From: an uncultured Solirubrobacterales bacterium | Lineage (GTDB): Bacteria > Actinomycetota > Thermoleophilia > Solirubrobacterales > 70-9 | Direction of reading: 5' to 3' | DNA length: 64,000 nucleotides | NCBI GenBank assembly: GCA_963742205.1 | Contig: CAVUKZ010000002.1 | Coordinates: forward strand, 99,887-163,886 | In this document: positions 45,478 through 58,285 of the stretch, piece by piece | Numbering within the stretch: position 1 is the first letter of the stretch | How the letters are laid out: each line of letters begins with the position of its first letter | Translations under genes and position numbers: made by a program | The notes under the pieces: generated by a model | Database searches by the model: none | Told to the model about the DNA's origin: nothing | What the model saw: only the letters and a program-made list of their open reading frames with translations

Positions 45478-47148
45478 TCAGCCGAACAGCTCGGCGGCAT
45501 CGACCTCGCCGAGTCGGTCGCGGTAGCGCTGCCACCAGGCGTGCAGGAGCGCCACGGACTCCAGGCCCATGCGCAGGTGCCCGCCGAGCTCGCCGGGCGC
45601 CGGCGTCTCGAGCCAGGCGCGAAGCTCCGGGGCGACTCGGCCCGCGAGCGGGCCGGTGGCGACCAGCTCCCGGTAGGCCGCAAGGGCGGGCTCGGAGCAC
45701 CAGCGCCTCGGCAGCGTCGGCGGGGACCGATCGGACCCGGTCGTCGACGGCAGGTCCGCGATCTGCGGCGCGAGACGGCCGAGGACCGCGGAGTAGAGAT
45801 GAGCGCCGCGCTTCGCCTCCGAAGGAATCGCGAGGGCGATCGACGCCAGCGCGTGGCTGGCGGCGGGGACGATCATGCGCGCCCGATCGCCGAGCAGCCC
45901 GTTGGGATAGCTGGAGGTCCCACGCACCGTCCGCGTCCAGTAGACGCCGAGGATCCCCTGGGACGGGTGGCCCTCGAAGCGCCGCATCTCGGCCATGAAC
46001 TGCTCACGGGCGCGCTCCACCAGGGGATCGCGAAACCGGTCGACCAGCGCCAACTGGGCGTGGCCGAAGCGGCGCAGGCTCTCCCACAGGGCCACGCTCG
46101 CCTCGCGGGGACGGCTCGTGTCGAGGGCGGCAGCGGTGTAGAAGCGCTCCCCCGCCTGGAAGGTGATGTCGATCGCCCCACCGTCGAGAACCGGCACGGC
46201 GGCACCGTCGATCCGCTCGGCGAGCGGCACGAGCCAGGGGTGGTCGACGAACTGGTACTCGACCGCGCGCGCCCGGGTGTCCCAGTCGGCGGGGTAATCC
46301 TCGGCCGCGCCCCGCAGCTCCTCGTGCTCGACCCCGAGCGCTCGGACCACGGGCTCGGCGTGGTCCTCCTCGAAGCGCGAGCCCTCGTCGTCGTCGACGG
46401 TGAGCGCGGTCAGGTCGCGGCCCGGCGGCACGCCGCAGATCACGATGCGCGAGTCGCGTCCGCCGCTCAGCGGACAGATCAACCGCTGAGGTAACGGGTC
46501 GAGCATCTCGCGCAGCGCGGCGACCCACGCGTCGGCGCCCTCGTCGAGGCCGAGGCCGGGCTCGACCTCGGCCCACGGCCACGACGGGTGCTCGACGCGG
46601 TTGCGGCCGAGGCGCCGGCGGATCGTGGAGTACGGGCCGAGGCGCCTGATCTCGGCGAACGGCGTGCGTTCGCGCAGGGGGTAACGCAGGATCATCGTCG
46701 ACGCCCATGCGTCCCAGTCGACCGACAGCAGGCCCGGCGAGCTCGTGACCAGCGGGTCGATGCGCGAGGCAAAGTACGTCGCACCTCCCTCGTCGAGCCA
46801 GTAGAGCCGAGCGAGCCCGGACACCGAGCTGTGCACCAGCCGCCGGCGCCCCTCGATCGCCAGGCCGCACGCGCCGCGGATCGCGGCGTCCTCCCAGCTC
46901 GCGACGCCGTCGCGCCAGGGCTCGCCCTCGGCCCAGGCGAGCCCGCCGATGCCGTCGGCGCCCCGCCAGCGGATCGGCTCGCGGTCACAGAACAGGATCG
47001 AGCGCTCGTCCTCGTGCACGACGCGCATGTCGCGCCGGAGTGCCTCGGCGCAATCGAGCACCCGGGCGCGGTCGAAGGAGCCGAGGGCGCCGCACGCAAC
47101 CGGTGCCCCGGTCGCCTGTGATTGGCTCGCTGGCGGCGCCTCGGGCAC
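45478..47148 (-). CDS. Asparagine-synthase-family (PP-loop ATP pyrophosphatase) protein
   Basis: SGGRDS PP-loop (..LICPLSGGRDSRIV..) and an AsnB-like N-domain pattern (..SGLARLYWLDEGGATYFASRIDPL..). No Met-Cys N-terminus is visible at any candidate start. Confidence 0.7.
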   Translation of the reverse strand: MPEAPPASQSQATGAPVACGALGSFDRARVLDCAEALRRDMRVVHEDERSILFCDREPIRWRGADGIGGLAWAEGEPWRDGVASWEDAAIRGACGLAIEGRRRLVHSSVSGLARLYWLDEGGATYFASRIDPLVTSSPGLLSVDWDAWASTMILRYPLRERTPFAEIRRLGPYSTIRRRLGRNRVEHPSWPWAEVEPGLGLDEGADAWVAALREMLDPLPQRLICPLSGGRDSRIVICGVPPGRDLTALTVDDDEGSRFEEDHAEPVVRALGVEHEELRGAAEDYPADWDTRARAVEYQFVDHPWLVPLAERIDGAAVPVLDGGAIDITFQAGERFYTAAALDTSRPREASVALWESLRRFGHAQLALVDRFRDPLVERAREQFMAEMRRFEGHPSQGILGVYWTRTVRGTSSYPNGLLGDRARMIVPAASHALASIALAIPSEAKRGAHLYSAVLGRLAPQIADLPSTTGSDRSPPTLPRRWCSEPALAAYRELVATGPLAGRVAPELRAWLETPAPGELGGHLRMGLESVALLHAWWQRYRDRLGEVDAAELFG

Positions 47149-47214
47149 GGTTGGCGAGGCACCCTATCCGGCGGCGCCGCAGGCCAGGGATCGCATCGGC
47201 AGACTGCGGTCGCC

Positions 47215-48654
47215 GTGAACCTGATCGAGGACCTGCTCGAGCGCTTCCCGGCGTCGAAGCCCGCCCTGCTCGCGATCGCACGCGACGGCGAGCGCCGGGT
47301 CTGGCATTTCGGCGAGCTCGTCGCGATGTCGGCGGGGCTCTCCGGGGCGCTGGCGGCGCGTGGGGTCGGACGCGGCGACGTCGTGATGACGCTGGTCGGC
47401 ACACGGATCGAGTGGGTGCTGGCCATGCTCGCGTGCTGGCGCATGGGCGCGATCGCCCTGCCCTGCAACACCCAGCTGCGCCGGGGCGACCTGGAGCTCC
47501 GCACCGCGGCCGCAAACCCGGCCCTCTGCATCGGCGACGAGGAGCTCCTCGGCGAGCTTCCGGACGGCATCCCCTACTTGACCATGACCGAGGTCGACGC
47601 GATCCTCGACGAGGACCGCCCGCAGGAGACGCCGGCCGAGATCGCCGATCTCGACCCCTCCGACCCGGCGCTGATCGTCTTCACATCGGGGACGACCGGC
47701 GAGCCGCGGGCTGCCCTTCACGCCCAGCGCTATCTGCCGGGCCAGCGCGGACAGGCCGAGCAGTGGCTCGGCGCCCGAAGCGGTGAGCTCGTCTGGTGCA
47801 CGACGGCGACCGGCTGGTCGAAATCGGCGCGCAACGTCTTCCTCGCCCCGTGGCTGTGCGGCGCGGCGGCGATGATCGTCGACGCTCGGTTCGAGGCCGC
47901 CGAACGCCTCGAGCTGATCGAGCGCGAGCAGGTCGACGTGCTCTGCCAGGCGCCGACCGAGTACCGAGTGCTGGCGAAGCGGACTGAGCTCCGCGAGCTC
48001 CCGTCCGTGCGCCGGATGGTCTCCGCGGGCGAGCCGCTCAATCCCGGGGTGATCGCGGCCTGGCGGGACGCAACGGGGCTCGAGATCGCCGACGGCTACG
48101 GGCAGACGGAGACGGGGCATCTGGTCGGCAACCACGTCGGCGCCGAGATCCGCCCCGGCTCGATGGGCAAGCCGCTGGCCGGGGTCGAGCTGCGCCTCAA
48201 CGACGGCGTGCTCGAGCTGCGACCCGACACGTGCCCGACCTTCTTCAGCCGCTATCTGGACGCGGAGCCGTTCGCCGGCGAGTGGTGGTCGACCGGCGAC
48301 GTCGTCCGCTCAGACGACGACGGCTACCTCTGGTACGAGGGTCGCGACGACGACCTGATCCTCTCCGCCGGTTACCGGATCGGCCCGTTCGAGGTCGAGT
48401 CGGCGCTGCTCACCCACCCGGCGGTCGCCGAGGCCGCGGCGGTCGCAGCGCCCGACGAGGAGCGCGGCTCGGTGGTGCGGGCGGTCGTGGTCCTGCGCGA
48501 GGGCGCGCCCGGCGACGAGCTCGCGCGTGAGCTCCAGGAGCACGTGAAGGCGACGACCGCCCCGTACAAGTACCCGCGCATCGTGGACTTCGCGGACGAG
48601 CTGCCGAAGACCGCGAGCGGCAAGATCAAGCGGGCCCAGCTCCGCGCCGGCTGA
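47215..48654 (+). CDS. AMP-dependent acyl-CoA synthetase / ligase (medium-chain-like)
   Basis: GTG at 47215. ..IVFTSGTTGEPRAA.. (A3), ..DGYGQTETG.. (A5), ..WWSTGDV..DDDGYLWYEGRDDDLI.. (A7/A8), ..PKTASGKIKR.. (A10). Confidence 0.85.
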   Translation: MNLIEDLLERFPASKPALLAIARDGERRVWHFGELVAMSAGLSGALAARGVGRGDVVMTLVGTRIEWVLAMLACWRMGAIALPCNTQLRRGDLELRTAAANPALCIGDEELLGELPDGIPYLTMTEVDAILDEDRPQETPAEIADLDPSDPALIVFTSGTTGEPRAALHAQRYLPGQRGQAEQWLGARSGELVWCTTATGWSKSARNVFLAPWLCGAAAMIVDARFEAAERLELIEREQVDVLCQAPTEYRVLAKRTELRELPSVRRMVSAGEPLNPGVIAAWRDATGLEIADGYGQTETGHLVGNHVGAEIRPGSMGKPLAGVELRLNDGVLELRPDTCPTFFSRYLDAEPFAGEWWSTGDVVRSDDDGYLWYEGRDDDLILSAGYRIGPFEVESALLTHPAVAEAAAVAAPDEERGSVVRAVVVLREGAPGDELARELQEHVKATTAPYKYPRIVDFADELPKTASGKIKRAQLRAG

Positions 48655-48686
48655 GCCGCACAACCCACTCCCTACATTGATCGGCG

Positions 48687-49960
48687 GTGCCGACGTCTCG
48701 CTCGATCCAGCGGACCTACCTGATCCTGATGCTGGGCAACACGCTGGCCGCCTCGTTCATCTGGGGGATCAACACGATCTTCCTCCTCGACGCCGGCCTC
48801 TCGAACGCCGAGGCGTTCGCCGCGAACGCCTTCTTCACCGCCGGGATGGTGCTGTTCGAGGTCCCCACCGGGATCGTCGCCGACACCATCGGGCGCCGGG
48901 TCTCGTACCTGCTCGGCACCGTGACCCTGACGCTGTCGACCGTGCTCTACGTCGCCCTGTGGCACGTCGAGGCGCCGTTTTGGGAATGGGCGGCGGCCTC
49001 GATCCTGCTCGGCCTCGGGTTCACCTTCTTCTCCGGGGCGGTCGAGGCGTGGCTGGTCGACGCGCTCGCGGCGACCGGGTTTCGCGGCGAGCTCGAGACC
49101 GTGTTCGGCCGCGGGCAGATCGTCTCCGGCATCGCGATGCTCACCGGCTCGGTCGCGGGCGGGCTGATCGCCCAGGCGACCAGCCTCGGGGTCCCGTTCG
49201 TCGTGCGCGCCGGCGTGCTCGCGGTGATGTTCGTCGTCGCCTGGCGGCTGATGCACGACGTCGGCTTCACTCCGCAGAAGGGCCAGCGGCCCCTGCCGGA
49301 GATGCGCAGGATCGCCGTCGGACTCGATCGAGTACGGCTGGCGCGTCCCGGCCGTGAAGTGGCTGATGCTCGCCTCGCTGTTCAGCGGCGGCGTCGGCAT
49401 CTACGCGTTCTACGCGCTGCAGCCTTACCTGCTCGAGCTCTACGGCGACCCAACGGCCTACTCGGTCGCCGGCCTGGTGGCCGCGATCGTGGCCGGGGCG
49501 CAGATCCTCGGCGGAATCGCCGCACCGCGGATCCGCCGCCTGTTTCACCGTCGCACCTCGGCGCTGGTCGGGATGTCGGCCCTGGGGGTCGGGGCGCTGG
49601 CGCTGATCGGGGTGATCGAGAGCTTCGCCGCCGTGATCGCGCTGATCGTCGTCTGGGGCCTGTTGTTCGCGGCCGAGATGCCGATCCGCCAGGCCTACAT
49701 CAACGGCATGATCCCGTCGAAGCAGCGGGCGACGATCCTCTCCTTCGACTCGTTGATGAGCTCAACCGGCGGCGTCTGGGCCCAGCCCGTGCTCGGCCGT
49801 GCCGCCGACGTCTGGGGCTACGCGCCCTCGTACCTGCTGAGCGCGGGGATCGCCGCCCTGGCCCTGCCGTTCATCTGGCTATCGCGGCGCCAGGACTCGA
49901 CCGGCGGACACGATGGTCGGGGCGCCGACCAAGTCCGAAGCCCAGGCGGCGCCCGCCTAG
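48687..49960 (+). pseudogene. MFS transporter, frame change near 49320 and probably a second near 49925
   Basis: TM1-6 are in ORF 48687 (..FEVPTGIVADTIGRR..). ..SIEYGWRVPAVKWLMLASLFSGGVGIY.. through TM12 are in ORF 49354. A natural-looking end ..APTKSEAQAAPA* (TAG 49958-49960) lies in the third frame. Confidence 0.65.
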
Positions 49961-50941
49961 GGGACCGGCATCGGCCGAAAGCCCTCGTGGAGCCTCCCGA
50001 CCTGGTTGTAGAGACGCGTCGGGGCGCCATCGGGCGTGAGCGCCGACAGCCCCGCGTCCCAGCTGTAGGTCCCGTCGTCCGGCGACCAGGCCGACCAGAG
50101 GCGGTAGACGATCATCCCGGCCACCCCGCTGCGCTTGGCGAGCCGGTAGGCGTGGCGGATGTACCGGGCCTGCCGCCGGGCGGAGAGGTCGCGGCGGGAC
50201 ACGTTGGTCTCGGTGATCCACACCTGTCGCCTTCCCCGGCTCGCGATGCGAGCAACGCGCGCCAGATCGGCATGGAGGTTCGCCATGAGCTGATCGAAGC
50301 TCCTCTTCGTGGCGCGCCTGGCGTATGGGTAGGCGTTCGCCGCCATCTCGACCCGGTGGTCGAGCCTGGAATAAAGCTTTCGCGCGTACGGAGCCCAGCC
50401 CCCGACCGGGGCGACCGGCGGGCCGAGCACGCGGACGTCCGGGCGACACCTCCCAGATGGCGTGGGCCGCCTCGTTCACGAGCTCCGCCATCCGGCCGAT
50501 CTCCACGCTTCCGAAGCTGGGGAGGTTCGGCTCGTTCCAGACGCCGAGGATCGCGTCGGGGTATCGCTGCGCGACGGCCTGCCACATGCGCGTCCAGGAG
50601 GCATCCCCAGCCCGACCGCACGTGCACTGGATCGCGGGCCGATCGGGACCGGGCCAGTCCGACGAGCCGAAGACCGTGAGGATCGGCCGGATGTTGACGC
50701 TGCGAAAGAGCGCCATCACGCGGTCGGCCGTCGACCAGTCGAACTCGCCCTCGGCCGGCTCCAGGTCATGCCAGGAGAAGCTGACGCGCGCGATCTGCGT
50801 GTTCGAGTGCTCGACCGCGCGCGGCACGGCGAGCAGCCGCGAGGCGTCCTCGTTGTAGCCCACGCGCAGCGCGGACGCGGGCTGCGCAGCCGCGAAGCCG
50901 AGTACCAACAGAATCGCTCCTGCCGAAGCGATCGATCTCAC
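49957..50941 (-). pseudogene. Secreted clan GH-A glycoside hydrolase (GH5-like), one frame change near 50441
   Basis: Signal peptide MRSIASAGAILLVLGFAAAQPASA. ..ILGVWNEPNL.. (acid/base Glu) is in ORF 49871-50941. ..DVRVLGPPVAP..QVWITETN.. (nucleophile Glu) is in ORF 49957-50430. The junction is explained by one extra g in cccgga. Confidence 0.65.
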
Positions 50942-51014
50942 GCCATCACCTCCCGCCCGGGAAATGGTCCCGGGCGGTTTGTCTACCCCCCTTCGCGCGT
51001 GGGAAACGCGCCGG

Positions 51015-53026
<2,012 letters not shown>

Positions 53027-53092
53027 CTGTCCTCCTTCGAAGTGTCGACCGCGGTGGCCGCGGGCCTCCCGCCCGCGACCACGCGCAGTCTC

Positions 53093-54761
53093 CTACTAAC
53101 GCCCGCGCGGCCGTCGTCGCGGGCTCGCGCTCGGGCTCCCGGCGGCCGTTGCGGCTCCCGCGGCCTGAGCCCGGCGCCCTCGATCGGGACCTCGGCTCCG
53201 AGGCCGGTCTCGGCGCGCACGTGGAGCTCGGCGAACCCACGCTCGGCCTTGGTCTCCTCGCTTGCGAGAGCAGGCGTGCCGAGGATGCAGGCGAGGAATC
53301 CGAGCGGGACCGAGAGGATCGCCGGCTGGGACAGCTCCACGCCGGGGATGATCTCGAGCGGATCCGCGCGCACGTCGGGCCCGACCAGCACCAGGCCGAC
53401 CGAGCTGATCACCCCGACGACCACCCCGGAGACCGCCCCGGTGGTGTTGAACCGCTTCCAGGTGAGCGCCAGCAACAGGGCCGGGAAGTTGGCGCTCGCG
53501 GCGACCGCGAACGCGAGCCCGACCATGTAGGAGACGTTCAGATCCGAGCCGCCGATGATCGCGATGGCGATCGCGATCGCGCCGATCGCGCCGGCGGCGA
53601 TCCGCGCGACGTGGACCTCCTCGTGCTCGGAGTCGCGACCCTTGCGGATCACGTTGGACCAGACGTCGTGCGCGACCGCGCCCGAGGCGGAGATCACCAG
53701 CCCGGCGACGACCGCCAGGATGGTCGCGAACGCGACCGCGGCGATGATCGCCAGGAACGCGTCGCCGCCAAAGGTCCCGGCTCCACCGCCGACCTCCTGC
53801 GCGAGCAGCGGCGCCGCCAGGTTGCCGGCCTCGTCAACGCCGCCCGTCGCCCCGGCCTCGCCGAGGATCGCGCCGGGCGCCGAAACCGAGGAACGTGGTC
53901 ATCACGTAGAACGCGCCGATCAGGCCGACCGCCCAGACCACCGACGACCGCGCGGCCTTCGCGTTCGGCACGGTGAAGAACCGCATCAGGATGTGCGGCA
54001 ACCCGGCGGTCCCGAGCAGCAGCCCGAGACCGAGCGAGATCGTGTCGATCGGCTCCGTGAACCGCAGGCCCGGCGCCAGGTACGCGGCGCCATCGTCGGA
54101 CTGCGCCTCGGCGCGGTCGAAGATGTCGAACGGGTTCCAGCCGATCTTCGCCGAGCACGAACAGCGACAGCACGACCGTCGCCGTCATCAGCAACGCGGC
54201 CTTGATGATCTGCACCCAGGTCGTCGCGAGCATGCCGCCGAAGACGACGTAGGTGAGCATGAACGCTCCGGTCGCCAACACGGCGACGTTGAAGTTGATC
54301 CCGACGAGCGCCTGGATCAGGATCCCGGCGCCGACCATCTGGGCGATCAGATAGAAGGCGACCACGGTCAGCGTGCCGAGCGCCGCCGCGGTGCGAGCCG
54401 GCCGCTCGTTGAGCCGGAACGAGAGCACGTCGGCGATCGTGAACTTGCCCGAGTTGCGCATCCGCTCGGCGAGCAGATAGAGCACGATCACGAACGCGAC
54501 CAGGAAGCCGACGGAGTACAGGAAGCCGTCGAAGCCGAACAGGAAGATCAGCCCGGCGATGCCGAGGAACGAGGCCGCCGACATGTAGTCGCCGGCGATC
54601 GCGAATCCGTTCTGCACCCCGCTGATCCCACGTCCCGCGGCCCAGAACGTGGTCGCGTCCTTGGTCCGCTTCGACGCCCAGTAGGTGATCCCGAGCGTGA
54701 TCGCGACGACGCCCGCGAAGATCGAGACCGCCTCGACATTGACTTCCGCAAGCGGCAGCAT
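53093..54761 (-). pseudogene. actP: Cation/acetate symporter ActP (SSS family), at least 2 frame changes; 3' end unresolved
   Basis: ..FWAAGRGISGVQNGFAIAGDYMSAASFLGIAGL.. is in ORF 53694-54761. ..[44 protein letters not shown].. is in a second frame. ..[49 protein letters not shown] is in the 904-aa ORF frame. Junctions are near 54150 and 53878. The nearest plausible stop is TAGTAG at 53098-53093, in yet another frame. Confidence 0.8.
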
Positions 54762-55186
54762 CAGCGCGTCACCTCCCTAGGACCCTGACCGTCGGCGCCG
54801 TCACCATCGGCGGCGGCCCGTCCGGCGCCGTCCCCGCCGCTCGCGCGGTGCTCGAGCGCCCGCTGTGCGGCCCGCTTGGCCAGCGGATCGAACACCCGGT
54901 TGCTCTGGCGCAGGTACAGCCACCCGAGCACCCAGGTCATCACGAACTGGGTCAGGGCCAGCAGGTAACCGACGGTGAATCCGTCGATCAGGCGCTCGCC
55001 CATGAAGTCCGGCGCGTAGCCGGCGAGGGCGATGAACCCGAAGTACCAGATGAATACGAACGCGAGCACCGGCACCACGAACGACCGGCGCCTGTGCACC
55101 AGCTCCCGGAACTCGGGTGAACGCGCCGCGGCATCCCAGTCGATTTCGGGATGGTGCGACGAGCCCCCAGCGGACTGAACAGCCAT
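54761..55186 (-). CDS. yjcH: DUF485 (YjcH-like) inner-membrane protein
   Basis: ..FRELVHRRRSFVVPVLAFVFIWYFGFIALAGYAPDFM..GYLLALTQFVMTWVLGWLYLR.. The stop overlaps the actP ATG (TGATG). This is the classic yjcH-actP-acs gene order. Confidence 0.8.
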   Translation of the reverse strand: MAVQSAGGSSHHPEIDWDAAARSPEFRELVHRRRSFVVPVLAFVFIWYFGFIALAGYAPDFMGERLIDGFTVGYLLALTQFVMTWVLGWLYLRQSNRVFDPLAKRAAQRALEHRASGGDGAGRAAADGDGADGQGPREVTR

Positions 55187-55306
55187 CTCAAACTCCCTAG
55201 GTCGAGACTCTCCTCCCCGGGAGCCCCCGCTCCCGGAGCTTGCACACTCCTATTACCGCTGACGGCGCCGTCAAACACTCACACGAACAGTTGCTTTAGT
55301 GGGGCG

Positions 55307-56500
55307 ATGAGAGCGCGGCTTCCACCACTCTCGCCCGCGCGCGCAGCGTTCGCCGGGATCTTCGTCGTCACGATGCTCGGCCTCGTCTCCGTCGGCGCGA
55401 CGCTGCCGGTGCTGCCGCGCTACGTCCGCGGCCCGCTCGGAGAGGGCGACCTCGCGGTCGGCGTCGTCACCGGGTCGTTCGCGATCACCGGGCTCGCCTG
55501 CCGGCCGATCGCCGGCCGCTTCGCCGACCTGCACGGGCGGCGGGTGGTCGTGATCGCGGGCGCCGTGTCCACCGCGATCGCCGGCCTCCTGTACTTCGTG
55601 CCCGCGGGGATCGGCGGGCTGATCGTCGCGCGGCTGTTCCTCGGCGCCGGCGAGGGCCTGGTCTACACCGCGGGCTCGGCCTGGGTGGTCGACCTCGCGC
55701 CGCCCGATCGACGGGGCCGGCTCATCGGGCTCTACGGGCTCGCGATCTGGGGCGGGCTCTCACTCGGGCCGGCGATCGGCGAGCTCATCCTGCACGCCAC
55801 CAGCTTCGAGGGTGTGTGGGCGTTCGCGGCCGGCGCGCCGCTCGTCGGCGCCCTGATCGCCCTGCGGATCCCCGAGCGGTACGAGCCTCACGCCGCCGGC
55901 CCCGACGTCGACCGGCGGCTGATCGCGCGCGAGGCGCTGCGCCCCGGGCTGGGCCTGGCGCTCGCGATCGTCGGCTACGCGACGGTGGCGGCGTTCATCG
56001 TCCTGCACCTCGACGAGCGCCAGGTCGGCCACGGCGCGGGAGTGTTCACCGCCTTCGCCGTCAGCGTGGTCGCGATGCGTGTGCTCGGCGGCGGGCTGCC
56101 CGACCGCTTCGGCTCGATCCCGTGCGCGGTCGGCGCCGCGCTGATCGAGGCCGCCGGCCTGGTGCTGATCGCGTTCACGGACTCGCTGGCGCAGGCGATC
56201 GCCGGCGCGGTGGCGATGGGCGCCGGCTTCTCGCTGCTGTTCCCCTCGCTGGCGCTCGTGGTGATCAACCGCGTGCCGGAGGAGCGCCGGGGCGCCGCCA
56301 TGGGCACGTTCACGGCCTTCTTCGATCTCGGCGTCGGCGTCGGCAGCCCGATCGCCGGCGCCGCCGCGGCGCTCGGCGGCTACGAGGCGGCGTTCCTGCT
56401 CGCGGCCGCGTGCGCGCTGGGCGTCGTGGCCGTGGCGTTGTCGCTGCGCTCGCTGCTCGCCGGGCTCCCGGAGCCGGAGCCGGCGCCCTCCGGGATCTAG
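55307..56500 (+). CDS. MFS transporter
   Basis: 12-TM-like hydrophobic pattern. ..GRFADLHGRRVVV.. is the motif A region between TM2 and TM3. The ATG at 55307 is in frame with ORF 55151. Confidence 0.8.
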   Translation: MRARLPPLSPARAAFAGIFVVTMLGLVSVGATLPVLPRYVRGPLGEGDLAVGVVTGSFAITGLACRPIAGRFADLHGRRVVVIAGAVSTAIAGLLYFVPAGIGGLIVARLFLGAGEGLVYTAGSAWVVDLAPPDRRGRLIGLYGLAIWGGLSLGPAIGELILHATSFEGVWAFAAGAPLVGALIALRIPERYEPHAAGPDVDRRLIAREALRPGLGLALAIVGYATVAAFIVLHLDERQVGHGAGVFTAFAVSVVAMRVLGGGLPDRFGSIPCAVGAALIEAAGLVLIAFTDSLAQAIAGAVAMGAGFSLLFPSLALVVINRVPEERRGAAMGTFTAFFDLGVGVGSPIAGAAAALGGYEAAFLLAAACALGVVAVALSLRSLLAGLPEPEPAPSGI

Positions 56501-56503
56501 CCC

Positions 56504-57320
56504 TCAGTCGATCAGTCGTCGGGTCATCTGGCGGATCGCGAGCCGCCACATCGCGAACCCGAACACGAGCAGCGCCAGCACCCGCAGCACGTCCACCGCC
56601 TCGAAGCCGAACGCAGCGCCGCGCACGAGCTCGACCAGCTGGTAGAGCGGGTTGAAGTTGGCCAGGACCTGCAGGGCCTCGGGCAGCTGGTTGATCGGGA
56701 AGAAGGTGCCGGCGACCAGGAACAGCGGCGTGATCACCAGCGTGGTCACGTAGTTGAACTGATCGATCTTCCCGACGGTCCCGGCGACGGCGATGCCGAA
56801 CGAGCCGAAGCCGATCGCCGTGATGAACGCGAAGAACGGCACCAGGAGCATGCCCGGCGTCGGGTCGAGGCCGAAGGCGAACGAGACCAGGAGCGGGAAG
56901 CAGCCGTAGACGGAACTGCGCAGCGAGATCCACAGCACCTCGGCGGTCACCAGCTCCTCGACGTCGACCGGCGCGGCGAGGATCGCGTCGTAGGTCCGCT
57001 GGAAGCGGTGCTTGACGAAGGTGCCGAACATCGCCGGCAGGGCGCTCGAGAAGATCACCGCGGTGGCCACCATCCCGGTGCCGACGAACTCGACGTAGCT
57101 CGAGCCCGTCGACGCCGTTGGCGACGATCGTCGACCCGAGCCCGAGCCCGAAGGCGAGCAGGTAGATCGTCGGCTCGAGCAGGCTGGAGAACGTGGTCGC
57201 CTTCCAGAAGGTGCGGAAGTTCGCGACCTCGCGGCTCATCACGCCGGTGATCGCCGCCGGCTCGAGGCGGCGGATGCGGGTCGGCGCTCTGGCCTGCACT
57301 CGGCTACGCTGATCCCTCAC
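56504..57320 (-). pseudogene. ABC-2-type exporter permease (NodJ/DrrB-like), one frame change near 57105
   Basis: The N-terminus ..REVANFRTFWKATTFSSLLEPTIYLLAFGLGLGSTIVANGVDG is in ORF 56310-57320. SSYVEFVGTGMVATAVIFSS.. continues in ORF 56504-57073. Confidence 0.75.
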
Positions 57321-58228
57321 TCCGCCTCCTCCCCCGTCAGCAGCACGAAGACGTCCTCGAGCGAGGCGGCGCGGCGAACCGCGTCGTCGGGCACCGTGCC
57401 GTTCGTCGAACGCTCGGCGCCGACGATCGCGATCGCCGGGCCCGCGGGCCGTACGGGCAGGCCCTCGGACTCCGCGAGCGCCCGGATCTCGGCGAGCCGA
57501 TCCGGCGGGCCGTAGACCTCGGCGGTCTCGCGGCCGGCGTGCTTGGTGATCAGCTCGCTCGGCTTGCCGCGGGCCACGACCTTGCCGGCCGCCATCACCG
57601 CGACCTCGTCGGCGAGCCGCTCGGCCTCCTCGATGTAGTGGGTCGACATCAGGATCGTCGCGCCGCGCGAGCGCAGGTTGTCGATCAGCGACCAGATCTG
57701 GGTGCGGATCTGCGGGTCGAGGCCAACGGTCGGCTCGTCGAGCAGCACCAGGCGCGGGTCGTGGACCAACCCGCGCGCGACCAGCAGCCGGCGGCGCATC
57801 CCACCGGAGAGCTCGTCGACGGCGTCCTTGCGTCGCTCGGTCAAGCGGGCGAGCTCGAGTGCGCGATCGACGGCCGCGGCGACGTCAGGGACCCGGTAGA
57901 GGCGGGCGAAGACGGCGAGGTTGTCCTCGACCGTGACGTCGATGTCGAGGTTGTCGAGCTGCGGGACGACGCCCATCACCGCCCGCGCGGACTTCGCCTC
58001 CTCGGGGAGCTCGAACTCGAGCACCCGCAGCTCGCCGGAGTCGGGAATCGCCTGCCCGGTCAGCAGTCGCATGGTGGTCGACTTGCCGGCCCCGTTGGGG
58101 CCGAGCAGGCCGAGGCAGATGCCGGCGGGGACGTCGAGATCGAGCCCGTCGACGGCCGTGATCGGCCCGAAGGTCTTGACCACGCCGCGGAGCTCGATCG
58201 CGTTCGGGGTTGGCTCAGCGCCCGTCAT
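57317..58228 (-). CDS. ABC transporter ATP-binding protein (NodI/DrrA-like)
   Basis: Walker A GPNGAGKST, signature LSGGMRRR, Walker B LVLLDEPT. Its stop overlaps the permease start. Confidence 0.9.
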   Translation of the reverse strand: MTGAEPTPNAIELRGVVKTFGPITAVDGLDLDVPAGICLGLLGPNGAGKSTTMRLLTGQAIPDSGELRVLEFELPEEAKSARAVMGVVPQLDNLDIDVTVEDNLAVFARLYRVPDVAAAVDRALELARLTERRKDAVDELSGGMRRRLLVARGLVHDPRLVLLDEPTVGLDPQIRTQIWSLIDNLRSRGATILMSTHYIEEAERLADEVAVMAAGKVVARGKPSELITKHAGRETAEVYGPPDRLAEIRALAESEGLPVRPAGPAIAIVGAERSTNGTVPDDAVRRAASLEDVFVLLTGEEAE

Positions 58229-58285
58229 CGGTTCCTGAGGGTAGACCGGCGGCACCTCACGGATTCATCGATCGTGCGAGGAACA

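Noticed and set aside
45478-47148. Lasso-peptide cyclase interpretation of the asparagine-synthase homolog
   Set aside because: I found no transglutaminase-like leader peptidase (B), no PqqD-like RRE, no ABC exporter of the McjD type, and no short precursor ORF in the flanking spacers (45475-45477 and 47149-47214).
55217-55236. 8-bp GC hairpin CCGGGAGC-cccc-GCTCCCGG in the DUF485 / MFS divergent spacer as a riboswitch or attenuator
   Set aside because: It is a single short stem with no recognisable riboswitch consensus or alternative pairing. Such GC palindromes are expected by chance in this composition.
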